Sequence record: SRR2962707_3097
Length of the DNA: 64,000 nucleotides
Strand: one strand, 5' to 3'
Below, piece after piece: positions 18,759-29,317 of this stretch. Every line of letters starts with the position of its first letter. The stretch's first letter is position 1. The notes under the pieces were generated by a model. It made no database searches and was not told where the DNA came from. It saw only the letters and a program-made list of their open reading frames with translations. The position numbers and the translations under genes were made by a program.

Positions 18759-19919
18759 TTATTTCGCGGCAACAAGGATCTTACGAACGATATCAAGCGT
18801 TAAATCACCACTTTCAGACAATGCTGTCATGCCAACGTTTTCTAAGTTCGCGATCACTTTATCAATCCCAGCATCATCAATACCGTAATGGGTTAGGTTC
18901 GTTACGATATCTAATGAGTTAAAGAAGGCTTCTGTTTTGTTAATTGCCGCTTCAATTTTTTCATCATCAGTCCCTTCTGTGATGTCCCACACACGCTCTG
19001 CAAACTGAAGCAATTTAGCGTGTTTTTTCGCTTTGCGTTCGCGCAATAGAGAAGGCAACACAATGGTCAGGGTACGACCATGAGCAATACCGAACAAGGC
19101 CGTCAATTCGTGGCCGATCATGTGTGTAGACCAGTCTTGTGGTACGCCGGCACCAATCGCGCCATTTAAGGCATTAGTAGCAGACCAGATGAAGTTTTTA
19201 CGAGCGTCTAAATCATCGTTGTCATGGTAGGTTACAGGGCCCACTTCAATCAATGTTTTTAGAATGCCTTCACTGGTACGGTCTTGAATTCGCGCGTCCA
19301 CAGGAATGGTTAAGTATTGCTCTAAAACGTGAATAAAGGCATCAACAACACCATTGGCGATTTGTTCTTTCGGCAAGGTTTTTGTTAAGTCAGGGTCCAA
19401 TAATGAGAACTTAGGAAAAGCCAAAGGTGACATGAATGGGCGCTTTTGACCTTCTAATGTAATCACGCCGCCCATGTTCATTTCAGAGCCTGTTGCTGGC
19501 AATGTCGCGACACAGCCAAGAGGCAAAATGTCTGTAACAGGAACCGGAGCAAAGCCGTGAGACAGTAGGCCTGCGTAATCTTCAGGCGCGGCTTTTGCGG
19601 CAAGGCCGATGAATTTTGTGCCGTCCATTACCGAACCGCCGCCGACAGCAAGAAGAAAATCTACCTTCTCTTGTTTGGCAATGTTCGCCGCTTTAATCAG
19701 TGTGTCAAATTGAGGGTTGGCTTCGATGCCGCCAAACTCAATGATGTCACGAGAAGCCAAAGCAGTACGAACGGCATCAATGGTGCCGTATTTTTTAGCG
19801 CTCTGACCACCGAAGGTAATCATAACTTTGGCATCCGCTGGAATAAGGCTGTTTAGTTCAGCGATGCGGTTCTGTCCAAAGACGATGCGAGTCGGGTTGT
19901 AATAATCAAAATCAAGCAT
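18759..19919 (-). CDS. yqhD: Iron-containing NADPH-dependent aldehyde reductase (YqhD/BdhA-like)
   Basis: FDYYNPTRIVFG, AVGGGSVMD, TLPATGSE, QDWSTHMIGHELTA. Confidence 0.9.
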   Translation of the reverse strand: MLDFDYYNPTRIVFGQNRIAELNSLIPADAKVMITFGGQSAKKYGTIDAVRTALASRDIIEFGGIEANPQFDTLIKAANIAKQEKVDFLLAVGGGSVMDGTKFIGLAAKAAPEDYAGLLSHGFAPVPVTDILPLGCVATLPATGSEMNMGGVITLEGQKRPFMSPLAFPKFSLLDPDLTKTLPKEQIANGVVDAFIHVLEQYLTIPVDARIQDRTSEGILKTLIEVGPVTYHDNDDLDARKNFIWSATNALNGAIGAGVPQDWSTHMIGHELTALFGIAHGRTLTIVLPSLLRERKAKKHAKLLQFAERVWDITEGTDDEKIEAAINKTEAFFNSLDIVTNLTHYGIDDAGIDKVIANLENVGMTALSESGDLTLDIVRKILVAAK

Positions 19920-20172
19920 AGGTTTCCTCGTATGCGATATAGTTACCAAATTTGTCATGCACTATAGTATCAATATAATTGTTTTCATATCCACAAACCG
20001 CTTAAAAACATGCATAATCGTACATTCCCTGATATTTGCACGGATGGGTGAGTGTTCTTTCTTAAATGCTCCTTGAATCCTGTCGATTGTTTGCATACTA
20101 GAACCTTATCTTTCCTTAAACCGCTCAATAGGCCATCTAACAGCAATGATGAAAGTCGTACGATCAAACCAA

Positions 20173-21039
20173 ATGGATGAGTTTAATCAGTTGATTAAAC
20201 AAAATGTTCATCACGAAGGATTCACCGAAATGCACATCGAGGGTGTGGGTGTGGTGCAATGGCACCGTGCGCAACAAATGTCGCCCTTTTTGTATGAGCC
20301 TATTATTTGCATGATGGGCCAAGGTGAAAAAATTTGCCGGATTGGCGACGCTGCTTTTGTGTATCAAGGGGGCGATTTTTTCATCAACTTTTTGCCCATA
20401 CCCGTGTACGCCGAGGTGACGAAAGCATCCTCCGAGGTGCCATTTCAATCGGCGGTGATGAGCATCAATTTAATAAAATTGGCCGATATGATTGTGCGCA
20501 TTGAGCGCCAAGAGATGAGTTTGCGAAAAGCCGTGCCAGAAACGGCGTCCTGTGTGGTTGTAGGTAAAGCCAATGGCGATCTGGTTGAATTGTTTTCACG
20601 ATTGTTGAAGGTCGCATCGGACCCATTGGAATCCGCCATTTTGGGGGAATCTGTTATTGACGAAATCTACTACCGATTACTCACTGGTGAACACGGTTAC
20701 GCCTTGCGTCAATTGTTGCATCAATATGGCAATATACAGCCTGTGTCACGAGCGGTGAATCACATCCATAACAATGTCAACAAGATCATCAAGGTGGATG
20801 AGTTGGCGTCCATTGCCAATATGAGTAAAACGTCTTTTTTTAACGCGTTTAAAAAGCTCATGCATGTTTCACCCATGCAATACATCAAATCCATTAAGCT
20901 ACAGAAAGCACAGGCGTTGTTGATTCAAGGTATACAAGCAAACGAAGCCAGCTACCAAGTTGGCTATAACAGCTTTTCTCAATTTAGTCGGGAATATAAG
21001 CGGTTTTTTGGTTTTCCACCGTCGCAAACCGCCAGTTAG
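20173..21039 (+). CDS. AraC-family regulator (YqhC-like)
   Basis: LYEPIICMMGQGEK N-domain; SPMQYIK, VGYNSFSQFSREYKRFFG; divergent from yqhD. Confidence 0.9.
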   Translation: MDEFNQLIKQNVHHEGFTEMHIEGVGVVQWHRAQQMSPFLYEPIICMMGQGEKICRIGDAAFVYQGGDFFINFLPIPVYAEVTKASSEVPFQSAVMSINLIKLADMIVRIERQEMSLRKAVPETASCVVVGKANGDLVELFSRLLKVASDPLESAILGESVIDEIYYRLLTGEHGYALRQLLHQYGNIQPVSRAVNHIHNNVNKIIKVDELASIANMSKTSFFNAFKKLMHVSPMQYIKSIKLQKAQALLIQGIQANEASYQVGYNSFSQFSREYKRFFGFPPSQTAS

Positions 21040-21144
21040 AAGCCGTATTGTTGGGCAGGGAGAGAGGAGAAATCACGCCCATTCTATAAAAGAAGTATGG
21101 GCGAGATTCAAATGGACAAGGGCAATGACCATTAGATAGAAGCG

Positions 21145-21546
21145 TTATAGGAGTACGTTGGCTTCTTCAAAGACGATTGGTTTGCCATTTTCAGTAATGG
21201 AGGCGATGGTCATTTTGGCGGACAAGTATTTGTTACCTTCAGAGTCCAAAATAACTTGATGAAAAACAAATTTGAAGCGAGAAGTTCTTTCTACAAAGGT
21301 TTCTACAACAAACTCATCACCGCTTTTTAGAGAGCGTTTGTAATCGAGCTCCGCCTTCATTAAGACAAGGTGAATGCCGCTTTTTGTGATTTGTGCAAAA
21401 TCCAATCCCTTGGATTTGATAAAAGAGTGACGAGCATGTTCTAAATAATTCTGATAGACGGCGTTATTCACAATGCCTTGTAAATCACATTCATAATCTC
21501 TCACGCTAAAAGCAATAGAATGGGGAGCGGTGAGGTTGGTAGACAT
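21145..21546 (-). CDS. Acyl-CoA thioesterase (4HBT/YbgC hotdog fold)
   Basis: VRDYECDLQGIVNNAVYQNYLEHAR. Confidence 0.9.
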   Translation of the reverse strand: MSTNLTAPHSIAFSVRDYECDLQGIVNNAVYQNYLEHARHSFIKSKGLDFAQITKSGIHLVLMKAELDYKRSLKSGDEFVVETFVERTSRFKFVFHQVILDSEGNKYLSAKMTIASITENGKPIVFEEANVLL

Positions 21547-21563
21547 AAATTTTCCTAAGTATT

Positions 21564-22571
21564 TTATCGGTCAGATGTACAGTTTTTACCTGATTGCTTT
21601 GCCCGCAACAGGTTTTTACGCGCTCTTTCTAAAAACTCTTCCGGCCCTTCTTGGCCCAGTAGAGTCGCAATGCCAACGGATACAGTGACTTGTGGCATGT
21701 GAATTTTACTTTGTTTATAACGGATTTTTTGCTCAGAAATTTGTTGCCTAAGCAGCTCAGCGAAACGGTGGGTAAAATCCAAGGTCGCTTCATTAAGGAG
21801 TATGCCAAAGGTGCCACCTTCAAACCTGGACATAACGCTTTTCTCTAACGCTAGGGTCTTCATCAGATCTGCGATATAACGGATCAATGCGGTGCCGGCA
21901 CGCTTTCCAAACTGCTGATTAATGGACGCCAAATTATCAATGTCCAACAAGATAATACTGATGTCGTCTTCGGCGTCTGGAAGCCATTGATACAAGGTGC
22001 GTTCAAAGCCTTTTTGATTGCCTAATTGAGTAAGCTCATCGACATCGTTTTGCTTTTTAATGTCGTCTAATTCTGCTTTTAGTTTGGCGAGTTCGGCGTG
22101 CACTTGTTCAAGGGATTGATTAAAGTGATTGGCTTTTTGACTGGCAACCAAGGCGCCTTTTTCAAGGTAATTGATCACGCTATCAATGTGTTCTTCTTTG
22201 TCGGCGCGCTTTAGGATTTTTCGACTTTTCGCTAACACGGTATTTAGCTCATCAAGCCCTTTACTCATGTCTTTAGAGGAAGAGGCGGCGCTATCAACAA
22301 TGGATTTTAGCTTTTTTTTCTGGCCATTCCCCTGTTGGAATTCATCTGGCAGCAGAAATTCATGGAATAACTCACGGGACAAGAAACCTGGTAAGTGTCC
22401 CAGCTTTCGTAAGGTACCGTCCATAATTTGATTGAGCTTTTGGTTTCTATTAGAAACATACTCATACCATATTCCATAGTTATATGGTGTCGGAGCTACC
22501 TCTAGCTTTAACATCATAGGGACTGCTTTTTGCATCAGCTCAGTGGCTTTTGTAGGGCTTTCGTTCTGCAT
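21564..22571 (-). CDS. GGDEF-domain protein with degenerate active site and helical N-terminal domain
   Basis: PTPYNYGIWYEYV N-terminus, DELTQLGN, LLDIDN, VTVSVG, AKQSGKN; signature reads RFEGGTF. Confidence 0.88.
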   Translation of the reverse strand: MQNESPTKATELMQKAVPMMLKLEVAPTPYNYGIWYEYVSNRNQKLNQIMDGTLRKLGHLPGFLSRELFHEFLLPDEFQQGNGQKKKLKSIVDSAASSSKDMSKGLDELNTVLAKSRKILKRADKEEHIDSVINYLEKGALVASQKANHFNQSLEQVHAELAKLKAELDDIKKQNDVDELTQLGNQKGFERTLYQWLPDAEDDISIILLDIDNLASINQQFGKRAGTALIRYIADLMKTLALEKSVMSRFEGGTFGILLNEATLDFTHRFAELLRQQISEQKIRYKQSKIHMPQVTVSVGIATLLGQEGPEEFLERARKNLLRAKQSGKNCTSDR

Positions 22572-22723
22572 TACTACCTCTATACAGAGAACAACTTACC
22601 TAAAAATCCATTCTAAAATGGTAAGAATATGAGCGCGGTACAACGCACTGTTCGCGGTTCTATTAAAAAGCTTGGATGTTATATGCTTAGGGGAAGCAAT
22701 AACAATGTAGGTAACACGCTAAG

Positions 22724-22750
22724 CTATCGGCGTACAAAGTGGAAGCTTTA
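22724..22750 (-). promoter_or_regulatory. Sigma-28 (FliA) promoter
   Basis: Minus strand TAAAGCTT-N11-GCCGATAG vs consensus TAAAGTTT-N11-GCCGATAA (7/8 + 7/8, exact spacer). Confidence 0.8.
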
Positions 22751-22766
22751 ATCGTGTTGATTTTCT

Positions 22767-23117
22767 TCAAGGCTGGCCGCCCGAAAATTTACTTTTTATG
22801 CCGTCTTTTTCTAACAAATCTTTTAACTTTTGTCGATGATCGCCTTGGATTTCAATGTGACCGTCTTTGACCGCTCCGCCTGTGCCACATTGAGCTTTTA
22901 GTTTTTTGCCCAATGTCTTAAGCTCGTCTGGCGTCATAGCAAGCCCTGAAATTAGGCTAACGCCTTTGCCTTTTCGGCCTTTTGTTTCAAGGGAAATTTT
23001 CACATTGCCATCGCCAATAATCGCGCTATTTTGGCATTGGCACTGATCAACAGGTTGCTCACAGTCAGGGCAGAGTCGGCCTTGATCGGTAGAGTATACG
23101 AGATTGTTTTTTTTCAT
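22767..23117 (-). CDS. yciH: SUI1-family translation factor
   Basis: LVYSTDQG, KGRKGKGV, CGTGGAVKDGHIEIQGDH. Confidence 0.93.
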   Translation of the reverse strand: MKKNNLVYSTDQGRLCPDCEQPVDQCQCQNSAIIGDGNVKISLETKGRKGKGVSLISGLAMTPDELKTLGKKLKAQCGTGGAVKDGHIEIQGDHRQKLKDLLEKDGIKSKFSGGQP

Positions 23118-23250
23118 TTAGGCTTCACTTAATGGGTCTTAATCTTGCTGTATTTTACCATTTATAAAAATATAGATCACACTAGAATTCAACATAAATG
23201 AAGCGAATAGCCTAAACTGAATAGATTAAGGTAACAGTGCGTGTGTCATT

Positions 23251-23775
23251 ATGAAAAGTGATATCGATGAGCGTTTAAGAATACAACGGGCTACCGAAGC
23301 CAATATTGAGGATATCCTGTCGTTTGAGGCCCGCAACCAGCAATGGTTTGCGCAATTTTTGCCTCAAAAGGTGCTAGAAAAACAAAACAAGCAGTATTTT
23401 CAAACGCAGATTTCTGACACCAGAAACACCCTCCAATATCTTATCTATCATCGACATAACAATGTCATAGGTCGATTTTGTGTGCAGCTGCTGGATCGCC
23501 GCGCTAAGTCCGTAGAAATCAGTTATCGCATTGGGCAGAGTTTTACAAAGCAGGGGATTGCCCGGTATGTTTTGCGCCGACTCTTGGTGCTCTTTTCGTG
23601 TTATGGGGTACGGACGGTTTATGCCTATGTAGGCGACGGCAATGAAGCCTCCATTCGGTTATTGCTCTCTTGCGGATTTTCGCATACCGCCACCGATACC
23701 CATTCGATAAAATTACCCACCGGCATTCAAGACAAACTAAGCTTTAAATGGGAAAACAGCGCGGTGCTTCTTTAA
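23251..23775 (+). CDS. GNAT N-acetyltransferase (RimJ/RimL-like)
   Basis: EISYRIGQSFTKQGIA, NEASIRLLLSCGF. Confidence 0.85.
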   Translation: MKSDIDERLRIQRATEANIEDILSFEARNQQWFAQFLPQKVLEKQNKQYFQTQISDTRNTLQYLIYHRHNNVIGRFCVQLLDRRAKSVEISYRIGQSFTKQGIARYVLRRLLVLFSCYGVRTVYAYVGDGNEASIRLLLSCGFSHTATDTHSIKLPTGIQDKLSFKWENSAVLL

Positions 23776-23815
23776 ACGCTGTTTTTCTTAATAGAGCCTC
23801 TTTTTAAGCCACTTT

Positions 23816-24544
23816 TTAAGCCACTTTATAGGCTTCCAGCTTTGCTAACACGGCGTTTAACTGATCGTCTAATGGCGCGTTAAAGGTCATGGATTTGTGC
23901 GTGTGAGGGTGGAAAAATGTCAGCGAAGAGGCGTGTAACATTAGCCTTTGTTCATCAGGCCACAGTGTTCGGACCACCTTATTAATATGGCGACAGCCAT
24001 AACAAGTATCGCCCACTAATGGGTGAAACTGATGCTTAAAGTGACGTCTAATTTGGTGCTTTCGTCCTTGCTTTGGCGAGACTTCAACCCAACTTAAGCG
24101 CATGGCATCGTAACGACTAACCGGTACAGGAAGCTGATAATGCTGCACACAAACAAACTCGGTTTGTGCTTCTTTTTCAGTGCCTTCGATTTTGAACCGA
24201 GACATGCCTTTTTGTTCGTTCAGCTTCGCCAATGGGTAATCAATCACACCTTGATCAAGACAAAAGCCGCGGACTAAACAATGGTAGGTTTTCGCCGTGG
24301 CCGCATTGGCAAATTGCTCCGATAAATAGCGTGCAGTTTGTGGCGAAAAGGCCATGACCAAAACGCCAGATGTGCCTCTGTCTAATCGGTGAACCGGAAA
24401 TACCCAACGACCGGTTTGATCTCTTAATCGCTGAACCACGGCATCTTCTTCGGTTTTATCCAGTTCGGTTCTGTGGACTAACAAACCTGCCGGCTTATTA
24501 ACCACAACCAAGTATTCGTCTTCAAATAAGATCTCTAGGCTCAT
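23816..24544 (-). CDS. truC: tRNA pseudouridine(65) synthase
   Basis: NKPAGLLVHR, HRLDRGTSG, GRKHQIRRH, HPLVGD. Confidence 0.85.
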   Translation of the reverse strand: MSLEILFEDEYLVVVNKPAGLLVHRTELDKTEEDAVVQRLRDQTGRWVFPVHRLDRGTSGVLVMAFSPQTARYLSEQFANAATAKTYHCLVRGFCLDQGVIDYPLAKLNEQKGMSRFKIEGTEKEAQTEFVCVQHYQLPVPVSRYDAMRLSWVEVSPKQGRKHQIRRHFKHQFHPLVGDTCYGCRHINKVVRTLWPDEQRLMLHASSLTFFHPHTHKSMTFNAPLDDQLNAVLAKLEAYKVA

Positions 24545-25479
24545 TGCGCGACTTCTGAGAATTGCTTGATTTTATCCATGCCAATATCAACGAGGGATTG
24601 CATGGCTTCGGCGCTTGCCCAAGCAACGTGAGGCGTCAGCAAGAAGTTCGGTAGTTCGGTCAGCTTTTGCAGTGGATGATCAACTGGCATTGGCTCTTGT
24701 GTGGCAACGTCAAAGCCTGCGGCGGCAATTTTGTGTGTGGTTAATGCATCAATCAAGGCGTCTTCATTGACCAAGCCACCACGGCCGGTGTTTAACAACA
24801 CACAGTTGGGCTTCATCATTTTAAATTCATCATAAGACAGCATATTGGCGGTGTTGTCGGTTAATGGGCAATGTAAGGTAATCACATCGGCCAGTTTCAA
24901 CGCCTGTTGAAACTCTGTGTAACCTGGGCGCACTGTGGTGGCGTTTTTGTGCTCAACAAAGAGAACCTTCATGGAAAAAGCGGCGGCAATGTTTGCGACT
25001 TTGTGCCCCAAATTACCCTTACCAAATATGGCCATGGTGGTATTGGCCAAATCTCGAATAGGATAATCCAAAAAGCAAAAATACTCGGATTTAGCCCAAT
25101 GCCCTTTCTTTACATCATCAAGGTAGGAGACCAGGTTGCGGCGCAGCGCCAATAAAAGAGAGAAGGTGTGCTCAGGAACACTGATGCCGGAGTAGCCTTC
25201 CACGTTTTGCACTGCGATGGCTTTTTCTTCACAGGCAAGCTTATCAACATTGTTGGTGCCCGTGGCCATGACTTGTACTAATTTAAGGGCGCTTGTTGAC
25301 TCGATGGCCGCTCGGTCGACCACCACCTTGTTGGTTAGTACTATGTCGGCGTCTTGAATTCTTTGGATTACTTGATCTGCGTGAGTGTTTTCGAATTCAA
25401 CCACCTGAGTGATGCATTCTGGGTACACCAGATTGACGCTGTTAGGGAAAGAGCCACGATCTAAAAATACGGCTTTCAT
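24541..25479 (-). CDS. D-2-hydroxyacid dehydrogenase (glycerate dehydrogenase-like)
   Basis: VFLDR, ATGTNNVD, GKGNLG, LHCPLT, NTGRGGLV, TPHVAW. Confidence 0.92.
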   Translation of the reverse strand: MKAVFLDRGSFPNSVNLVYPECITQVVEFENTHADQVIQRIQDADIVLTNKVVVDRAAIESTSALKLVQVMATGTNNVDKLACEEKAIAVQNVEGYSGISVPEHTFSLLLALRRNLVSYLDDVKKGHWAKSEYFCFLDYPIRDLANTTMAIFGKGNLGHKVANIAAAFSMKVLFVEHKNATTVRPGYTEFQQALKLADVITLHCPLTDNTANMLSYDEFKMMKPNCVLLNTGRGGLVNEDALIDALTTHKIAAAGFDVATQEPMPVDHPLQKLTELPNFLLTPHVAWASAEAMQSLVDIGMDKIKQFSEVAQ

Positions 25480-26105
25480 TGTATTTTCTCTTTGTCTAAT
25501 AATGGAATGAGGTAGGGTAGAATATTCTTTAATACTTGTTTTTGACCTTCCGCTGTAGGATGTAACCCATCTTGCTGCATCAGTTTTTTATTGAGTGCAA
25601 CATGTTCTAGCATAAACGGCAGATACGTAACATCATATTGATCTGCAAGTGTTTTATACAAACCAAAAAACATGTCTGTGTAGCGCTTGCCATAGTTTTG
25701 TGGAATCCTGTTACCAAGTAATAAGACCTGAGCACCGGCTTGCTGAGCTTGCTCAATCATTACGCCTAAGTTCGCGCGGGTCTGGTCAAGAGGATAACCC
25801 CGTAAGGCATCGTTCGCACCAAGCTCTAAAATCACCCAATTTGGCGTGTATTCTTGCAATAATGAAGGGAATCGAGACAGCCCACCTTGACTGGTTTCGC
25901 CACTCACACTGGCGTTATTGATGGTCACATTGGGGTAAGAATGTGCAAGTGAGTTTTTTAATAAACTAACCCAACCTTCTTGTTGTCGTAAATTATGAGC
26001 GGCACTGAGACTGTCTCCCATAACCAGCAATGAAGAAGCGTGCGCTACGCCAAGAGACAATATCAAGAGAATTGAACTCAACAGAAGCCGTATTTTGAAT
26101 GGCAT
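25476..26105 (-). CDS. tesA: Arylesterase / acyl-CoA thioesterase I (SGNH)
   Basis: GDSLS, NASVSGET, ELGANDALRG, DGLHP; signal peptide; divergent from ybbAP. Confidence 0.93.
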   Translation of the reverse strand: MPFKIRLLLSSILLILSLGVAHASSLLVMGDSLSAAHNLRQQEGWVSLLKNSLAHSYPNVTINNASVSGETSQGGLSRFPSLLQEYTPNWVILELGANDALRGYPLDQTRANLGVMIEQAQQAGAQVLLLGNRIPQNYGKRYTDMFFGLYKTLADQYDVTYLPFMLEHVALNKKLMQQDGLHPTAEGQKQVLKNILPYLIPLLDKEKIQ

Positions 26106-26132
26106 AAGAAACCTTAAGTGAGAATACTGTTT

Positions 26133-26816
26133 ATGGATAAAATTACCGCACTTCAAACACACAATCTAACACACACGGTAACGTCTAAAACCGGAAATTT
26201 GACCATATTGAAAGGAATCGATATAGAAATCAAGGAGGGAGAGTCGGTTGCCATTGTTGGGGCGTCAGGCTCAGGGAAGTCTACGCTGCTTGGTTTGCTT
26301 GCGGGATTGGACCGTAATACGGCAGGAGAGATAACCCTTTACAATCATTCACTAACGTCATTAAGCGAAGAAAAACGCGCGTTGCTACGCGGTCAGTATG
26401 TGGGCTTTATTTTTCAATCTTTTCATTTGTTGCCCAGCCTAGAAGCCGTTGAAAACGTCATGCTTCCTGCAGAATTAAAAGGTGACAAGCAAGCACGTCA
26501 AAAAGCGGAACACCTCCTTGAGCAAGTCGGTTTATCGCATCGATTAACCCATTACCCTCGTCAACTTTCTGGTGGCGAGCAACAAAGGGTAGCCATTGCT
26601 CGAGCGTTTGCCTCCGAGCCTAAAATCTTATTTGCTGACGAACCAACGGGCAACCTGGATGAAGAAAATGGCAAAACCATCATTCAGTTGTTGTTCGATT
26701 TGAATCGCTCTCAAGGCACAACGCTGATCATGGTGACCCATGACAATACTTTGGCGAGCATGTGTGACCGCCAGTTAATTATGTCTGCTGGGCAACTTAA
26801 GGAAGGCAATCTATGA
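26133..26816 (+). CDS. ybbA: ABC transporter ATP-binding protein
   Basis: [27 protein letters not shown]; conserved tesA/ybbA/ybbP synteny. Confidence 0.88.
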   Translation: MDKITALQTHNLTHTVTSKTGNLTILKGIDIEIKEGESVAIVGASGSGKSTLLGLLAGLDRNTAGEITLYNHSLTSLSEEKRALLRGQYVGFIFQSFHLLPSLEAVENVMLPAELKGDKQARQKAEHLLEQVGLSHRLTHYPRQLSGGEQQRVAIARAFASEPKILFADEPTGNLDEENGKTIIQLLFDLNRSQGTTLIMVTHDNTLASMCDRQLIMSAGQLKEGNL

Positions 26817-29272
26817 GTTTTGCTCTGCGCTTTATTCTTAGAGAAATACGCAGCAGTGAGGTGATCACGCTCATCATAGCGCTGATTATTTCTGTGGGGA
26901 CTGTGACCTCGATTAGCTTGTTTGTTGACCGCTTGCAGCTCTCCTTCGAACAAGAGTCGGCCAATTTACTGGCCGCTGATCGGGTGGTGCGCTCAGATCA
27001 ACCGATACGAGAGAGCTGGAAATCTCACGCCACGGAACAGGGGCTTGAACAAGCCGAGCGCACCTCGTTTGCCACTATGATTTTCGCGAATGACAAACTG
27101 CAACTGTCGCAAATCAGTGCGGTGAGTGCGAGTTACCCATTAAAAGGGCAGTTTTTAGTCGATGACGCCTTATTTGCCCAAGGCAACCCTTCTACCATAG
27201 CCCCTGCCAGTGGGGAGATCTGGCTCTCGTCTCGTTTGGCCAGTTTGTTGGCGGTAAAAATAGGGCAAATGGTCGAAGTGGGCGATGCCAAATTGCGTGT
27301 GTCTAAATACCTTGTATTGGACCCAGGCTCTAGTACTTCTGCGTTTGCTGTCTCGCCACGGGCGGTGATGAATGTGACTGATTTGGCCGCGACCCATGTC
27401 ATTATTCCTGGTAGTCGAGTGCGCTATTCATTGTTGCTCGCGGGTGACCGAGACGCCTTGCAGCAATACGAAACTTGGATTGAGCCGCAACTGAAAGAGG
27501 GTCAACGTTGGCAAACACCCAAGCAGAAAGGCCAAAGCATCGGCCAAACCATAAATAAAGCCGAGTCCTTCTTATTATTGGCGGGGACCTTGGCTGTGGT
27601 GCTGTCTGGTGTGGCAATGGCCTTGGCCTCGGCACGCTTTGTAAAACGCCATTTAATGCAGGTTGCTGTGTTAAAAACGTTGGGGGCAACCCCTCGCATA
27701 CTCGCAAAATTATTTTCGTTGCAGCTGTTTATCTTATTTGTGGTGGGCGCATTAGGTGGCTTGATCAGTGGTTGGTTTATTCAAGAAGGGATTTCGTCAC
27801 TGCTTTCAAGCTTAATGACAACCACCTTGCCGGAACCATCCATTGGCAAACTTTGGCTTGGGGTGGCGACGGGCTTTATCTCGTTAATTGCTTTTTGCTT
27901 GCCGCTGATGATTCGGCTGATTCAAATTTCACCGCTGTCAGTGCTGCAGCCTTCTGCACGAGTGGAAAAGAACGCCTTGGTTATCTACGTGGTGGGCTTT
28001 GTTGGACTCTATGGTCTGATGTGTTTGTACACCCAAGGCTTTATGCTGCCAAGTATTATGACGCTGGCCATTGCCGGCGTCGGTTTGGTGGTGTCGATTC
28101 TTGGCTGGGGGATGTTTAAGTTAGGTCGATGGGCGACTTCTGGCGCGACCAGTGGTTGGCAAATTGGCTTGGCTTCTTTGTATCGCCGCCTGACTCCTAA
28201 TTTGTTCCAATTATTGGTGTTTACCTTAATCATTATGCTGGGGCTTATTTTAGTTGGCATAAAAACCAGCTTGGTATCCGATTGGCAAGCACAACTGCCG
28301 GAAGACGCTCCGAATCACTATTTATTTAATGTGCAAGCGGATCAGGTTGCCGGCATTAACGACATCAGTCAGCGATTAAATCTCTCGTCATCAAGCTGGT
28401 TTCCTATGGTGCGAGGCCGAATCACGAAAGTGAACGATGATTTGGTGGAGACACTGTACCCCGAAGGCACGCCTGAACCTGAATTGTTTGAACGCGAAAT
28501 GAATTTAACCTGGGCCGATCACGTTGGTGAGGGCAATCAAGTTGTCGCGGGGGATTTTCATGATCAAGGTATTTCATTAGAGCAAAAAACCGCCGCGGAA
28601 GCGGGCATCAAAATGGGCGATAAGCTCACGATTAGTATTGGCGGCCTGCATTATACGTTGCCGGTGACATCCATTCGTACGGTCGATTGGGGAAGTATGC
28701 GACCTAACTTTTATGTCATTGTGCCGAAACAAACTTTAGCAAATTACCCCGCGAATTTTGTTAGCAGCTTTTTCATTAAACCGGATCAGGCGCAGGCTTT
28801 TTATCAAAATATGTCCCGTTATCCTACTGTGTCTATTTTGAATGTGGGGGACTTGCTTAAGCAAATTCAGACCATCATTGCGCAGCTTTCTCAAGCGATT
28901 CAGCTGGTGCTGCTGTGTATCTTAGCGGCAGGCGCCTTGGTGTTAATCGCAAGCATTGGTTCCACCTTAGAAGAGCGCCGTGAAGAAGGCGCTTTGTTAA
29001 GAGTGCTGGGGGCAAAAGCCAGCTTGGTGAGACAAGCTTTGATCGTTGAATTCGGCTTTCTTGGTTTGTTTTCTGGCGTGATTGCCGCGCTAGGTGCGGA
29101 GGCTTCCTTGTACGGCGTGCAAACCTTTGTCTTTAAGTCTGCGGTTAGCTGGCACCCGCTACTTTGGGTACTTGGCCCATTAATCGGGGTGATCTTGATA
29201 ACGAGCATTGGTGTCTTCGCAAGTCGAACTGTGTTAAAAGTGCCGCCTATGCACCTGTTGCGTGATTTTTAA
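26813..29272 (+). CDS. ybbP: ABC transporter permease (FtsX-like, YbbP)
   Basis: 819 aa, LKTLGA, PMVRGR, RTVDWGSMRPNF, LRVLGA. Confidence 0.88.
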   Translation: MSFALRFILREIRSSEVITLIIALIISVGTVTSISLFVDRLQLSFEQESANLLAADRVVRSDQPIRESWKSHATEQGLEQAERTSFATMIFANDKLQLSQISAVSASYPLKGQFLVDDALFAQGNPSTIAPASGEIWLSSRLASLLAVKIGQMVEVGDAKLRVSKYLVLDPGSSTSAFAVSPRAVMNVTDLAATHVIIPGSRVRYSLLLAGDRDALQQYETWIEPQLKEGQRWQTPKQKGQSIGQTINKAESFLLLAGTLAVVLSGVAMALASARFVKRHLMQVAVLKTLGATPRILAKLFSLQLFILFVVGALGGLISGWFIQEGISSLLSSLMTTTLPEPSIGKLWLGVATGFISLIAFCLPLMIRLIQISPLSVLQPSARVEKNALVIYVVGFVGLYGLMCLYTQGFMLPSIMTLAIAGVGLVVSILGWGMFKLGRWATSGATSGWQIGLASLYRRLTPNLFQLLVFTLIIMLGLILVGIKTSLVSDWQAQLPEDAPNHYLFNVQADQVAGINDISQRLNLSSSSWFPMVRGRITKVNDDLVETLYPEGTPEPELFEREMNLTWADHVGEGNQVVAGDFHDQGISLEQKTAAEAGIKMGDKLTISIGGLHYTLPVTSIRTVDWGSMRPNFYVIVPKQTLANYPANFVSSFFIKPDQAQAFYQNMSRYPTVSILNVGDLLKQIQTIIAQLSQAIQLVLLCILAAGALVLIASIGSTLEERREEGALLRVLGAKASLVRQALIVEFGFLGLFSGVIAALGAEASLYGVQTFVFKSAVSWHPLLWVLGPLIGVILITSIGVFASRTVLKVPPMHLLRDF

Positions 29273-29317
29273 TGGCAATTTAACAAGACAATTTACATAA
29301 GACAATTTGGTTTATCG

